From NCBI GenBank assembly GCA_964016885.1, contig OZ024758.1, positions 9,672,001 through 9,736,000 of the forward strand: a stretch of 64,000 nucleotides of DNA, in the 5' to 3' direction. Position 1 is the stretch's first letter. Each line of letters starts with the position of its first letter. This DNA is from Eledone cirrhosa (taxonomy: Eukaryota). The notes under the pieces were generated by a model. The model was not told the DNA's origin, did not search any database, and was given only the letters and a program-made list of their open reading frames with translations. Positions 39,223 to 52,895 of the stretch are shown here, in pieces. The position numbers and the translations under genes were made by a program.

Positions 39223-39985
39223 CTTTCGGAAACATTTTTTCACGCTCAGAGTTGCTGAAGCATGGAACAAACTACCTGCATCAGTTGTTAGCTGTCGAGA
39301 CACTGCATCCTTTAAGGCCTCCATGCTTCCCGAGATCAGCCAACAGAACAGCTAACACATACACAAATGTCAGGGAAGTACATGTGTGTATTATTCTATG
39401 TACTATATTGACGAGTTGTAGTGCACCTGAGCACTTTACACAATAATTTCATTATTATATATATATATATGTAGGCAACACAGTAAAAACCTCCCAGCCC
39501 CACACTGTAAATGTGGTTGGTGTTAGGAAGGGCATCCAACTGTAGAAAACCCGCCAGACAGTCCTATGCGAGCAAGACAACCACTCTTGCCTCAAGTGGG
39601 AAAACCCCCGTCCAAACCCATGCAAGCGTGGAACACGGACGCTAAACCTGATGATGATGATGTATATATAAAAATAGCAAACTAAAACAATTGTATATTA
39701 TTACATCAGTGCCATATTAAAATGGCTACTAACATTTTTATTGACACTTTCAAAGCTGCAAATAATGAAATGGCTTTCACATTTACAAGGGGAGGTTTCA
39801 CATGTACAAGTGTTTTGATAAATGATGATGACAATGTTGATGAGCTGTGATGACTTAAAGCCAAAATTCATATACTTCAGTGAATTTCATCTGATTAACA
39901 AGAAAATTGTGGTTAATTTTTTTTTTTTTTTTAACCACAAAATCTTTTAATATTTTTATAGTTTGTATTCACATTTAAATGGAAG

Positions 39986-40020
<35 letters not shown>

Positions 40021-43000
40021 TTCAGACCAACAAATTCAGGAAGAAAAAACAAAACAAAAAACAAAAAACAAAAAAAACTCTAAAATCACAAAAGTGGAAA
40101 AAAAAAGTTTAAAAATATTTTGTAGGTGAGTTGAATGAATAGAATCGGCAAAAACAGGACTCCTGCCTTCAGAAAATATAAGCCTGCTATAGATTTGCAG
40201 TTTGTTCACAGACATTATTATGGTCCTTGTTTATTTCAATTGGTTTTTCAATGAGGTTTTAATTATTTTAATTTTAATTTTTGTAAAGTCTGAATATGCA
40301 ATAGCATTGGTATCAATAAATATTTAATCATCTGAGATCAATGAGATTCAAAATATGGGTAGACAATCACATCCAGGAGCAACAGACTAACTGCAAATAT
40401 CCTTAGATGTATTAAAGTGTACCAGAAAAGTCTTTTTTTTTTTGTGATACACACGAAACAACTCCAATAATGCATTAGCAAAGATGGAGAAAGATTGAGG
40501 GGGTTTCCATTTTGTTTTTGCTTAAAAGAGTTCTTATAAAAGTGAATGGAGGATTTTATCTGGTATCAATAAAGAGGTGAACAAACTAGGTTGCTTTCTC
40601 TCATCCTCTTAAAAACATTCACAATTATGATATGAGAAGAAATATGAAAAGAAAATCAAACAAACAAACAAGAAAGGCAACAAAATATAACAAACAATGT
40701 ATAAAAAAAAAAGGTAAATAAATAAAAATAAGGTTTTCAGGTCCATGGGTGTGAAGAGTGTCAACTGAACTGGCCATTTAAAAATTAAACTTACAATATG
40801 GGTGATAACTTTATACAGAGAATGGATTATTATTCGAGATACACCGGAGCAGTGCATTACCATTGAGCTATAAAACAATAAGATTACATAGCTCTTGTGA
40901 GTGAAGGGGGAAATTTACCAGAATGTAGTGTTACAGACTTGAAACATGAGAGCTATTAGCCTATACATCAATATAAGTGAGACAAAGACACTCATACACC
41001 AACATACAAACCATCTCTTAGAGAGATGGTCCATGGAATTGGTAAAATATATGGGACAGTTACTTCGTAATAACCAATTATAAATATGGAGTAATCAACA
41101 ATGTATAATTAATGACATCAAATACAATTAAAAAAAATTATGGTCATGTTAAGTTAGCTTAGCAACTACATGGTTTGGGGTCCAATCCCACTATGTGGAA
41201 CCTGAGTTGAAATCCATCAGAGGGACCATTATCGATTTCAGATATTAGACTTAATCTGTAACTCGTTTTAACAGCACTACATAGCTTCAGCAAAGTCCAC
41301 TGTTCCAGGATTTTGGACAAGGTTTCCAGTCTGAGGATAATTTCCTCCTTCCAGTCTCAGAGTCCCTGAAAAAGGGATTCATGAGCACTACCCTTCCTTT
41401 TCTAAGCCATAAAAAAAAATACAGACAACAGAAAAAAAAATATCTCCAGAACTTAATTCTTCAACTATTTCAACATGAAAGTTATTTGTTCATGTAGGTG
41501 AAACAATTTTGAACAAATCTAATATATAATACCAATAAATTTTTTTTTTTTTTTTTTTTTTTTTTTCATTTTTATTACAAAAATATATAGAGCAAGCTCA
41601 TAATTTGAAAAGAGAGGAAAAGATTATTTTCCAATATTTTATATAATGAAATAGTTAACTTGAAGCTTTTCATTGAGACATGCTAGCTTCAGTAAACTAC
41701 ATTAGATAACTTGTCAATTGGTTTAAGGTTTTGTTTATTTTACCTGGGTGGGGTTTTTTTTTTGTAGTTTTTATTTTTAATTATTTATACAGAAAATTAC
41801 TGAAAATAGCTTTTGCACTAATAGTGGTTTATAATTTCAAAATTTGGTACACGGCAACAAATTTGTAGGGAAAGGGGGTACAATTAACTGAATAATATTA
41901 ATTACATGCCCCAGTACTTATTTAACCCCAGCAGAATGAATAGGATTTCAGCTTAAAGGGACATTAATGAACACCACCAGGCACTTAAACTGGTATTTGT
42001 GTTTTCATCAATCTTTTAAAAAAAAAAAAAAAAAAAAAATTGTAAGAAATATAGTTATATTTTTAATATATTTAAATATTTATTGGATTTACTTTCAAGA
42101 GTAACATTACACTTTCAGGAGTTTTCGGGGGGGGGGGGGGGGGGGGGGGTGAGAAGGCGCAATAATCTATAAAAGAAATTACAATTAAAGGTTTAGAAGA
42201 AAAAACTAATTTTGTAGGCTATAGTGAAATTTGAAGGAGATTTGGCTTACTTATAACATGTTGAGAAACCTCTGACTTCATTAGTTCAATAAAAAATATT
42301 TCACTATTTATGAAAGGACTTGATGCGTAAAAGGAAAAATTACAAAGTTACCAAAGAGTTCCACTACACTCCTGATGTACTGATAAAATAATTTATATAT
42401 AGTTCATGGTGGTCAGCAGAATTAGATTAACAGTTGGAGAAGGAATCAAACTTAGAAAGATAGGCGACATAAAAACATGTTCACACACATTTCTTTTATA
42501 AGCAGAATATTTTTAATTTTTAGCAAGAAAGCAAATGGAGAATTATGATGTTTCAGTGTATACAGCATAAGTAAAATGACTTCAAAAAAAAAAAAAAAAA
42601 AAAAAGGGGGGGGGGGGGTTGTAGATTGTGGATTCGGCTCGTCAATATGCTTTAAAGCAGTTGGAAGGGGGTTTTTTTTTTTCATTTTGTTTTAAATTAG
42701 AAAATATTTCCACTAAGACTTCTATTAACTAATACTTGCTACCCTAATATTGAAACTTTCCCTAAGTTATTAAAAAAAAAAAAATTATGAAAATAGAAAT
42801 AAAACTAAGATGTGGCAGTGTTATAATAGGAATTTGGCTCACTAGCAATGTCTATAAGCTGATCAAAGCTGACTTCATTTAAGGAGGGATTGGAATGCTC
42901 CAAGAATAGAATGAACATAAAATAGTAATAGTCAAAAATAGTTCTGTACCCCAATGATTTTTTTTTTTTTTTTTTTTTTTTTGCCTGGAAGGGAATAATT

Positions 43001-43498
43001 TCCATTTCAGTATATAACAGACATTCATCAGTTCTGGAGAAATAAAAATTCAAGCTAATCCAAACATACAAATTCCTGATATAGAGGAGTAATGTAAGTC
43101 AGCATATTGCTCATGATAAACTACCATAAGGTAATCAATTTGTTACAATTTGCCCGAGAAAGGTATGGCAAATTCAATGATGCTACAAGATATGAAGACA
43201 TTCTTAAGTTATGATAAAGCTGTGTTATATGAAATTATCCAAGTTTCCCAAAGTGTCACAATATTTGTAAAAATAAAACTAATCCAAACTTGGTTAAAAT
43301 AGATTATTTCAGTTGTTAACTTCAAATCTCAACTAGTTTTAAGAATGGATAGGCTTTCTTTTATTAATTAACCAACAAATGACTAAGCAGAAAAGAATTT
43401 ACCAAATTTATCAAAATATTTAGTGAAAAATAAATTATGATTAAGCAATTATATAGTTTGTTGAAATAATTGATAAATTTCAATTGAAATACAGCCAT

Positions 43499-43535
<37 letters not shown>

Positions 43536-45350
43536 ATTGCCCAGAACATTCCCAAGTTAATACAAAGACTGAATCTAGCAGTGCTGCTGCTAATTCTAAC
43601 ATTGACATAAATCCAGTAATTTGGGGGAAAGGGAAAGTCTATCTTTACCTCAGTACTTAATTGGTGCTTTATTTTATCACCCTGAAGGATGTAAGGTATA
43701 GTTGACTATGGTGGGATTTTAACGCAAAGAGTAAAAATCCGAAACAAATACTGCAAAGAATTGTGTCCAACACTAAAGATTCTGCCAATTCCCCACCCTA
43801 GTGCTGCTGCTAATAATCATCATCATTGTAGCTACAGTGAACATTATTATTGTACAGCAGTAAGATTTGGTTATTATAAATCATGACTTGGTTTTAACTC
43901 ACAGTTTGGATTGGTTTGTTATAGGGAGAAATTAGAAGTTGATAGATCTCTGCTTTTCCTAAAGTGTGTTTAGCAAAACAACACCAATTCCATGAAACTG
44001 AACAAGATCTCCAAGACATATTGATCAAGTTTCAAATTCTAACCCTATCTTTCTTCACACAAATACTCTACTTACAGTGCTGGTTTATTCCATGTAGTCT
44101 AGAAACATATTTTTTAAATAATTCGAAAACGTAAAAACTAACTCGAAGTAGATTGACCCCGTTTAGGTTAGTATAAAGTCACAGGTTAGCAACTACTAGA
44201 ACTCAAACAAGTTCATTCTATCTCAGAGGAGGACTTTATGAATTACTGATTGCCAACAAAATGATTGATCAGTACAATGATTAATTTTGAAGTATTCTAG
44301 ATCTATAACACAAGGGATGCCAGAGTTAATACAAATAGACAAAGTTGTGAATTTCTGTTTAATCACTAGAGCAATATATTTTTAAAAAGCAACCATTTTG
44401 GAACTGGTTAAAGAATATTTTATATCCAGCTAGAATCTAGATGTTTGTTATCAAGTTACTAACAGAATATAGCAATATTTTAAAGTAAATTGTTTCAGAA
44501 ACTAGAGACGAAACAAAATTTCAACCAATTTCAATAATGTCCATAAAAGAAAAAAAATGGAATATAAAAAAAAAAATATCAGTACAATAATTATGTTTCT
44601 CTTTGGTAACGAGCAATTAATGATTCAGGAATTCCGTTCTTTTAAAACCTTGGTCATGACTGCAATTCTTATTGATGCATTCATTACTGTAAATCAGTAC
44701 GATATACAAAGTACATTAAGCCAACAAGAAATAAGTGCTATTTCAGTATGAGAAGGGAGCATATAGGATAGACTGATATGATCAATCCTTGAACTTAAGT
44801 TTTAAGTTGGATGGTTGAGGAAATAAAACATTTACTAATATTCACTGTAAATTTTTAATTTTAGACACCAAAGCTTGTCTACTAAAAAAAAAAAAAAAAT
44901 TATATATATATATATATTTGATAGAGGGAAGTTGAAAAATACATTTACAAATTTCCTCATTGTGTAGGGTTGGTTTTGAGAATATGTCAACACAAAATAT
45001 GATACAAGAAAAATGTAATTAATGTTAAAAAATAAAAAAAAAAAAATAAAAATGATTTCAAATTGGGACTGAAACTGAGGTATATTGAAATAAAAACAAC
45101 AGGATTTCTATTAATTTTGAAATATTAACATTTTCTTAGAATCTCAATTTAGTGCTGTACAGACAAAAGACAAAAACGAAACAAAATAAATAAATTATAA
45201 CATTTTTGTCTACTTATTTTCATCAAGTTTTACTTCTTATATTTAAATAATCAGATGCATGTAAGTAAAACTTAAATTTGTTTCCTTGAAAACTGATATG
45301 CTGAACACTTCTTTGCTGTCTTTAACAAGTGAATACTATTAAAGGTTATC

Positions 45351-45384
<34 letters not shown>

Positions 45385-45400
45385 TGTATGTATGTATATA

Positions 45401-45436
<36 letters not shown>

Positions 45437-46246
45437 GAAGCACTCAGGAAATGAAACTGAGCACAATTTGTAAAAAAAATAAACAATAATTTAAAAAGCC
45501 GTTTCAATGGTTTTGTTAAGATGGAAATTAAAATAATTAAGCGTTTGCTAAAACAAAAAAAATATTACTTTGATGAATTTGTTTTATGAAACCTGCTCAT
45601 ATTAGCTAGTTTACTGCATTTACATACACATTTACATAAAGGTTTGCATGTAGACAGATTTACATAAATGTTATGCATGAAGAAATAGCATGAAACTGAC
45701 ACAAAACTGTTGAAAGTTTGTAGAATCAGCATTAAAAACTTAGAAATATCTCATTTACATGAGGTTTGATTCTGTGTGACACCTTGGTCAAGTGTCTTTA
45801 CCATAGTCGCAGCTCAACCCAAGTATTTTGAGTAAGAATTGGGTAGATAGAAACTGAAAACCCAATGATGGACTACCTGTAATTCAAAAGATCCAGGCTA
45901 GTCTAGACTTGTATCAAACTAATTTTACCAGAGAATTACCTTAAAGGTAGACAGTCTATAGAATACACAACCAGATGTCAATGAGTCGGACATTTAGTTC
46001 ATCGAACCAATGAATATTCATTGTCGAAAGTGACAAACAATCCCTCACTGATTAGTAAATTATAGCTTAAGAACAAAAAGGGTGTAAAATACCCAATCCT
46101 TGTTATGAACTGAGGATGTGGGGGTGATTATAGACTTAACTTTTATTTCCACGCTTCTAAAAACAAAAAAAATAAATTTCTTTAATATTTATAATTTAAA
46201 AGATAAATGGTTTACAAAATTCAATACTAACATTTTAAATTTCTTA

Positions 46247-46599
46247 TCTATATATCTAAAACAGAATGTCTGCTCACTAAAACTCAAGAACCACCTAACC
46301 GATTGTTTTCAAATTTTACACATGTAATACTTATGGTCCTGTGAGTGTTTTGAGAAAAAAAAAAAAAAATTTCAAATTTTCAATGCCCTAGGGACCGCAT
46401 TAGGCGATCTCTCTATAATTCTTAGTCCCTTTTTAGATAGATACATAGATATAACGTTGCGCCCTTATAATAACTGTCTATTACACCATTATGGCGCGCG
46501 TGCACATATATATATACATATATATAGTGTAACGTTTTTTGAAATATTTACTTCTGAACCCTAGAGCAAATCTCGAGCAATGCTGGGCCATTCTGCTTG
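46247..46599 (+). mobile_element. Non-autonomous Helitron-like element
   Basis: A|TCTATATAT.TAAAA 5' end, 3' cgagcaatgctgggcc...CTTG|T (imperfect CTRR). Inserted between A and T with no TSD. Confidence 0.55.
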
Positions 46600-47288
46600 T
46601 CCTAGCTAAAATATAAGGAGCAGAACAGCTTTATTTATGAAAATTATTTTATAAATATTGAGATTAAAAACCGATGCAGATATTGATGGAATTTTTAATA
46701 CACTCAAGTATAAACTTAATATCTTAATTTGTTAAGAAAAAAAAGAGGGGAGAAAGGGGTGGACAACAAATAGTAGGATTAAATGAATTTTATGATTAAT
46801 TTCCTCCCCCATCTAAATTATTTACAAACCTGTTTCTTTGGGAAACAAAAGTAAATTGAGGAGAAAAAAAATATCGAAAAACATACTAAAATAAAATAAA
46901 AAAAAAAAGTAAAAAATAAAAAAATAAAAATAAAAAATCATTAAAATCATTTCTACTTCGTTTCTAAAATGTCTAATAATAATAGAAAAAAATATCAGAC
47001 AAAGAATATATTACACTGCACCAATAATGGTAATAATCGGAGACAGACTAGAGAACCAGCAAAATTTAACTGAAAACATCAAATAGTAGTACATATGTAA
47101 AAAAAAATTTCTATTATTTTTTTTTTTTTGCTTCTTTTTTCATCTATGTTTAATATTTACTTATTTCGTTTTATGGATTATACATGGAATGGGAATTGAA
47201 TGACAGTGAGAACGAGTGTGTTATGTGAGTAAAAAGAGTATGGGAATAAAAGTGAGGGACTGTTTGGCATTGTTAGGAGTTATCTCCC

Positions 47289-47462
47289 TTATATCGTGAC
47301 TTTCTGTGTCATGACGAGTGTTGGCGGAGATGGTTTGATGATCTCAACAGCATGCAGCACCGCTTCCTTAATGTCACTGAATACAGGAATACTCTCTCTC
47401 TCAGCAATATCACGGAGGTAGGATCGGCCCCGATTATAGTCATGCAATGCTTGCTCATCCAT
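47289..47462 (-). CDS. raw: raw/olrn-1-like gene, terminal coding exon
   Basis: ttcag acceptor. MDEQALHDYNRGRSYLRDIAERESIPVFSDIKEAVLHAVEIIKPSPPTLVMTQKVTI-stop. DYNRGRSYL.D.A....PVF is characteristic of raw-family proteins. This frame is absent from the supplied ORF track. Confidence 0.9.
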   Translation of the reverse strand: MDEQALHDYNRGRSYLRDIAERESIPVFSDIKEAVLHAVEIIKPSPPTLVMTQKVTI

Positions 47463-48655
47463 CTGAATATAAAAAGAGAAAAGTAAATTCTATATAAGTA
47501 AATGGAAAGACCAAAGCAAACAATACAGTACAACAAAGAAATATATTAGTTTAATGCTTAATATGGTAGGGAAAGAGTCTTAACGTTTCGGACACTAGTC
47601 CATCATGATATAGAATGAAAAATAAAAGAAATAGAAAGATAGAAAGTGAGAAAGGGAAGAAATTGAAACAAATGTGGGTAGGGAGAGAGAGGGAAAGAGA
47701 AAGAATGGTTTTCCATTAAAGAAAGGCGACCACAATAAAATAAGGTACTCAGTATATTGAGCAGAGAGGATACTTCTACAGGACTAGTACTATTTCATTC
47801 TGCAGTAAATTATTTCACCACAGAATAAACCAGTCAGTTCTATGTCCACCCTCCATGCCAGAATGGATATTTTAAGACAATGCTTTACAGTTACATGCAA
47901 TTTCTGATACCAACCATTTTAGTCACCTTTTACAACATGCAGGGCTATATAGTCAACAACATCCCCCCTGCTAGTGCCACGAAAAACCACCCATTACATT
48001 CTGTAAGGTGGTTGACAATAAGGGCACCCTACAGTAAGACATACCAAAAAGTGTCAAGAGGACTATTGAGTTGTGTCAAAGAGATAGCTTTCCTGGTAAT
48101 TTACACAAAACACACATGGCTTTTCGAAAGGTTGTGAGTTCAATTCTCAGACCAGGTGATGTGTTGTTTCCTTGAGCAAGACACTTTATTTTCACGTTAC
48201 TTCAGTTTACTCAGCTGTAGAAATGAGATGATAGGACTAGGGTCCTTATTAAATTACCCAAGACACCAACTAGATATACCTTGGAGGAGGCCAGCTAAAC
48301 CTGTATAGGTGTGAGCTGTCTCACACACACGAATGCACACAGTTCATACTGTGAAGAAGTTGGTGATCAGAAGGACATCCAGTAGTAGAACATTTGTCAA
48401 ACAGTTAAGAGGACCCTTCAGCTGTGTTGAAGACAAGAAAACCCCGCTAGTGTTAGTGCCATGATAAAATGCACTCAGTAGAATATGGGATCATATTTAA
48501 ATGAAATGCAGACCCCCAGCCTATCTGAGAGGACAGTAACCCTGTTTAAGTATATATATATGCAATCCGCCCACACACACTCGTTAGCAAGGGTTCATAT
48601 TGTATAATAATATTGTATAATTTAGGAAATAAAGTAAGCCAAGTTAACTACTTAC

Positions 48656-48745
48656 ATTCTCTCCTTGGAAAAGTGTGTTTGTTCCTTCTGGAATCATCTG
48701 GAGACACAACACAACACGATAGCCTTGACCAATATAATAGGCAGC
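48656..48745 (-). CDS. raw: raw/olrn-1-like gene, internal exon
   Basis: ttag acceptor, gtaag donor, 30 codons: AAYYIGQGYRVVLCLQMIPEGTNTLFQGEN. Confidence 0.9.
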
Positions 48746-49341
48746 CTAATAAAAAGAAAATAAAACTTTAAAAATTAAAAAAAAAAGAATTTTATCAAAA
48801 GTTCGTTCTTTAACATAGGTTTCAAATTCTTCATTTTTTTTTTTTATACTTCACGCCTAGTATTTGTTTTTCCTATGCATAAAAAAATATAAAAGGAACA
48901 AAGTAGCATGCACACACACAAGTTTCCATCCACCAAATTCCAAACAAGACATTGATTAAACGGTGGCTTGGGTACAAGATACTTCCCCAAGGTGATGGTC
49001 AATCAGCTCAACCTAGAGCCATGTAATTGTCATGCATGTGAACATAGCATTTTGTTACCAGAACAAACTTCCATATATCATGTTACAGCAATGTTAAGTT
49101 ACAAGGCCAGCCAATTTATGGAAAGGACTAAGTTGATTAACATTAGTACTTTATAAACCCCAGGAGGAGTAAAGGCAAAATTGTCTTTGGCAGGATTGAA
49201 TTCAGAACATAAAGGACCGTAATTAAATTTGGCAAAATATTTTGTCAAATGCTCCGATTCTGTGAATCCACAGCCCTTAAACTATAAAGCAGCTTGTCTG
49301 ATATTTTACTGATACTGCCAATCCACTGCCCTTAGGAAATC

Positions 49342-49583
49342 ACTGCCTGCGTCAGTTGTTAGCTGCCGAGACACTATCCTTTAAAACCCTCATGCTACCC
49401 GGAATTCGTCAAAACTACACCTGATGTACCCCTTCCATACACATGCACACGTGTATATCATGACTCATGCACTGTTCATTTTCCTGACGTTTGTACATTA
49501 CCCTATGTACTATACATACACTTTTTGATGAGTTGTAGTGCACCTGAGCACTGTACACAATATTTCATTATTATTATTATTAT
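49342..49583 (+). mobile_element. CR1 3'-end fragment in a raw intron
   Basis: Matches the ORF2 end and 3' UTR of the 33748-34833 copy. Ends gtgcacctgagcactgtacacaatatttc(att)n. Confidence 0.88.
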
Positions 49584-49594
49584 AATTTTACATT

Positions 49595-49842
49595 CATTGT
49601 TCCATGCTTGCATATGCTGCACAGGTCCTCAGTACAACATCATACTTATCGCAATTCCTTTGTTGTCCTTTCTCTGAGCTTCAGTGATCTAAGATCAGCT
49701 CTCACTACTTCCATCCAGGTCTACTGTGGTCTCCCTCCAATGGGATTAACTTAGCAATCATCATCCTTGTACATCATATGTCCATACCAACAGTCTCCTT
49801 TCCTGCACTACTGATTCCTCTTATACCCAGTTTCTTCCCCAG
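49595..49842 (-). mobile_element. Decayed RTE 3' fragment
   Basis: Minus strand gives KKLGIRGI, WYGHMM and GRP..TWMEVVRADL. Ends gcaagcatggaa, like the SINE tails. Confidence 0.65.
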
Positions 49843-49988
49843 TTCATCAATTAATATTAAAAAATACAAATTTATCAAAAATGTTATCAAAGTTAACATT
49901 TACAGCTAATAGAATGTGAAACCCACTGAATCATGCTAATTAAGGCACAAACAATAGAGTGTGTGTGTGAAGAGGGGATTCACTTTAC

Positions 49989-50133
49989 CTGGATCATGCT
50001 AGTTAGGGCACAAACATCTGAGGTAATAACATAAAGCAATAGTTGACAGTCATCGTGTAGAGAATTATCTAATGAACTTGTTTCCCAACTCCAGTCTTTA
50101 TTCTGAGAAAATGTAAAGGAGCAGTTATGTTCC
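49989..50133 (-). CDS. raw: raw/olrn-1-like gene, internal exon
   Basis: cacag acceptor, gtaaag donor. EHNCSFTFSQNKDWSWETSSLDNSLHDDCQLLLYVITSDVCALTSMIQ matches the LL[FY]VI...SMI motif. Confidence 0.88.
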
Positions 50134-50170
50134 CTGTGAAAAAGAGAAAACAAATATTTAGAGTGTTTAT

Positions 50171-50226
<56 letters not shown>

Positions 50227-51621
50227 GGGAAACCTTTAAAATGGGTGATTGGTGATTTTAATTCACAGAACCAGAGTCGGGTTTGGCCAAGTTGGTAACA
50301 AAAGTGTTAATACCACAAAAGATAAAGTCATCATAAATGTGATTCAGTAGGAAGTTACTATGGGTGATAGTTTAGATAATTAAGTCTGTATTGTTTATTG
50401 TATATAGCTTTGATTGATTGGGTGGTGGTGAGATAATGAGAATGGTGGTGTAATGAAAATTGTGATAATGAAGACAACGGTTAGAATGTGCTTTCAAGAA
50501 GTTTTTTTTTTTTTTAAAGTTTTAAAAATATATATTTTTTTAAAATATCAATTTAATTAAGTCTTGTAGAAATCAATTATTGTCACTGAGAAGAAATTTA
50601 AATAAAGTTGTTTGTCTCTCTTTCTTTAATGTACATGTAATGTCTTTAATTAAAAATATGCTGACTAAGCTCTGAAACACTAATTACATTAGCAGTAAGT
50701 AAACAGAATCTCAAGTACAGATGAATATAAAAAATTTACATCCATTTCTTTAGAGAAGCTCAAAAAGGATATTTTCTTATGGATTAGACCTGAGGCATGG
50801 CGACAGCCATGACTTTCACAGGATCTGTGAGATTAGTAAGATTGATAAGCTTGATGCTTAAACATAATGTTTTTCTTTATCTTTGCATATGAGAGTATCT
50901 ATTGATATACAGGGTGGGCCATAAGTAACCAGACAGTCAATGCATATTTATTGCAAGGTTCACAATGCTTTGAACATCCACTTCAAAATATAGAGGAACA
51001 GAGTCAGCTTTTCAAACTTTCATTTTTTCTTTTTACTATTTTTGTTTGATGTATTATAATTGTCTACTGTTTGACCAGAATTTTACTAAATATTTGCAAT
51101 ATAAATGTTGGACTGGCTGATTTCTTATGACTCATCCTGAATGTAAATGCTTTTTTTTTCTTCAACTATATAGGGGAAGATGACATTTATTTGTAACCAA
51201 CTAGACTGAAAAGAACAGAGGTGATTTGTCCAGAGTTAAGTGTTTAAAAAGGACCAAAGAATCTAGAGAAACTAAGATTTAATCACTCCATCACGATGGT
51301 CACCTCCACCAACCTCATCACTACAAACCAATAAAGGAACCTTTATAAAAAGTGCACTGTGTCTTGGGAAAATATGGGATAGAGAAATTTTCAATTTTTT
51401 ATATTTACTTAAAAACCTTCCATAATTTTATTTACAAACCTTTGTTAAGTTATATTCCAAATTTCAGCATAACAAAAAAGTTATTTTATTACCCCCCCCC
51501 CCTCTCCCCCAAAAATAATCCTGGATTATTTTCGAAATTATTTGCAAAGTCATAAACTGTCTTTCATTAAGAATAAAGTAACAAAATAGTTAATCACTGA
51601 AACTTTACAACAAATTCTTAC

Positions 51622-51733
51622 CTGAGAATCGGCAAGACAATTTCTTCTCTCCAATTTAGGTTATTGTAACTTCCACCAAGATAAAAATCATACGTTTTTT
51701 CTATCTGTTTTGACTTTAAAGCTGAATTCCTTC
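51622..51733 (-). CDS. raw: raw/olrn-1-like gene, internal exon (start of NDT-like domain)
   Basis: tag acceptor, gtaag donor. RNSALKSKQIEKTYDFYLGGSYNNLNWREEIVLPIL(R) contains the [FY]LGGS..WR...P.L signature of the raw nucleoside 2-deoxyribosyltransferase-like domain. Confidence 0.9.
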
Positions 51734-52121
51734 CTAGAGTAGAACAAAGAAAGAAAAATCACATTGAGGGGCAATATATTGAGTTTAATTTACAGAAAAG
51801 GGGGCAGTTGAAGAAACTTAAGCAATAGAAAGACTTTGTATGTTTACTTAGTTAAATGTTTTAATCCAACAGGATTTTTTTATAAATAATCTTATAATTT
51901 ATTCAATATATAAAATTTCAAGTCATGAAAGGTTGTTGACATTATATAAAATTGATTAAGCAGTATCTAATATTCTATGAAAAGGGAGAGAAAGACAGAT
52001 AGGAAGAGAGAAAACTAGAGATAGGTGCAGATAAGGAGAGACATAGAATGTGTCCGTAAGAATTGAGAGAAGCAGTAGCCATAAAAGCCACACCCCAATT
52101 GGATAAGTTGGGTTAACTTAC

Positions 52122-52221
52122 CAAACATCCATCCTAACCAGTTAGGCACAGTTTTGGTAATAGAGAGAAGTATAAACAAGGTGTTGGTCAACAGTTGTCG
52201 GAGTGAAGGGTAACATAGCGC
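52122..52221 (-). CDS. raw: raw/olrn-1-like gene, internal exon (hydrophobic segment)
   Basis: gcag acceptor, gtaagt donor. ALCYPSLRQLLTNTLFILLSITKTVPNWLGWMF(G). Supplies the phase 0 to phase 1 bridge required between flanking exons. Confidence 0.8.
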
Positions 52222-52846
52222 CTGCATAGACAAATATTTCATAAACATTATAGCTTTACAGTAGAATGCATACAAATAAACATTAAATATATTTTTAAAA
52301 ATACCCAAAATTGAGAGATATGCACCATCCATCACACACAACAAAGGGTGTTGGAGTTTTCCTAATGTTTTAGGCAAGCCAATAGAGTGTATCCATGGGT
52401 GATAGTAAGTCTAAAGCAGTGGAATAACACTTGTGAACATCACCTGATACATCAGTAAGGCGAATGGCCAATAATAATTGTTTCTACTTTTGGTACAAGG
52501 CCAGCAATTACCCCAGTGTATTACTGGTGCTTTATTTTATAAGGATGAAAGGCAAAGTTAAATTTGGCGGCATTTGAACCCAGCACGTAAAGGGCCATAC
52601 CTATGCCGCCCAGAACCTCATTGTCAGCACTTTAGTTTCACCAACTGTACTGAATACTTTGCTTCATTTTACATATAAAAAACATCCCATTGAGTCAACA
52701 CATACAAACATCCTTTAAATCCTATCATCTTCCGTATAGCATTCAATTATTTATATACAAACCAACAAGGATGCAAGAATCACTGCTTTGTTGGGTTGGG
52801 AGGATGAGAGAAGTTTTAGTACCTGGCAACTGCATGTGTGTTTATA

Positions 52847-52895
<49 letters not shown>

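Larger units (their letters stand above)
35412..39460 (+). mobile_element. Near-full-length CR1-clade LINE
   Basis: ORF1 with PHD finger, ORF2 with APE and RT, 3' UTR with an agtgc-acctga-gcact hairpin and an (ATT)n tail running into (TA)n. 5' boundary and TSD not identified. Confidence 0.92.

Noticed and set aside
33748-39460. Single twin-primed LINE insertion or LTR element
   Set aside because: The two copies overlap in sequence and are diverged, and both have their own 3' tails. No LTRs, PBS or integrase.
47309-47536. Supplied ORF as the terminal exon frame
   Set aside because: Wrong frame. The conserved DYNRGRSYL peptide is in the frame ending at 47289.
47575-47612. Minus-strand GGAC-TAGT-GTCC-GAAA-CG-TTA hammerhead remnant
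   Set aside because: The CUGANGA core is disrupted. At best a decayed copy, so not called as a feature.
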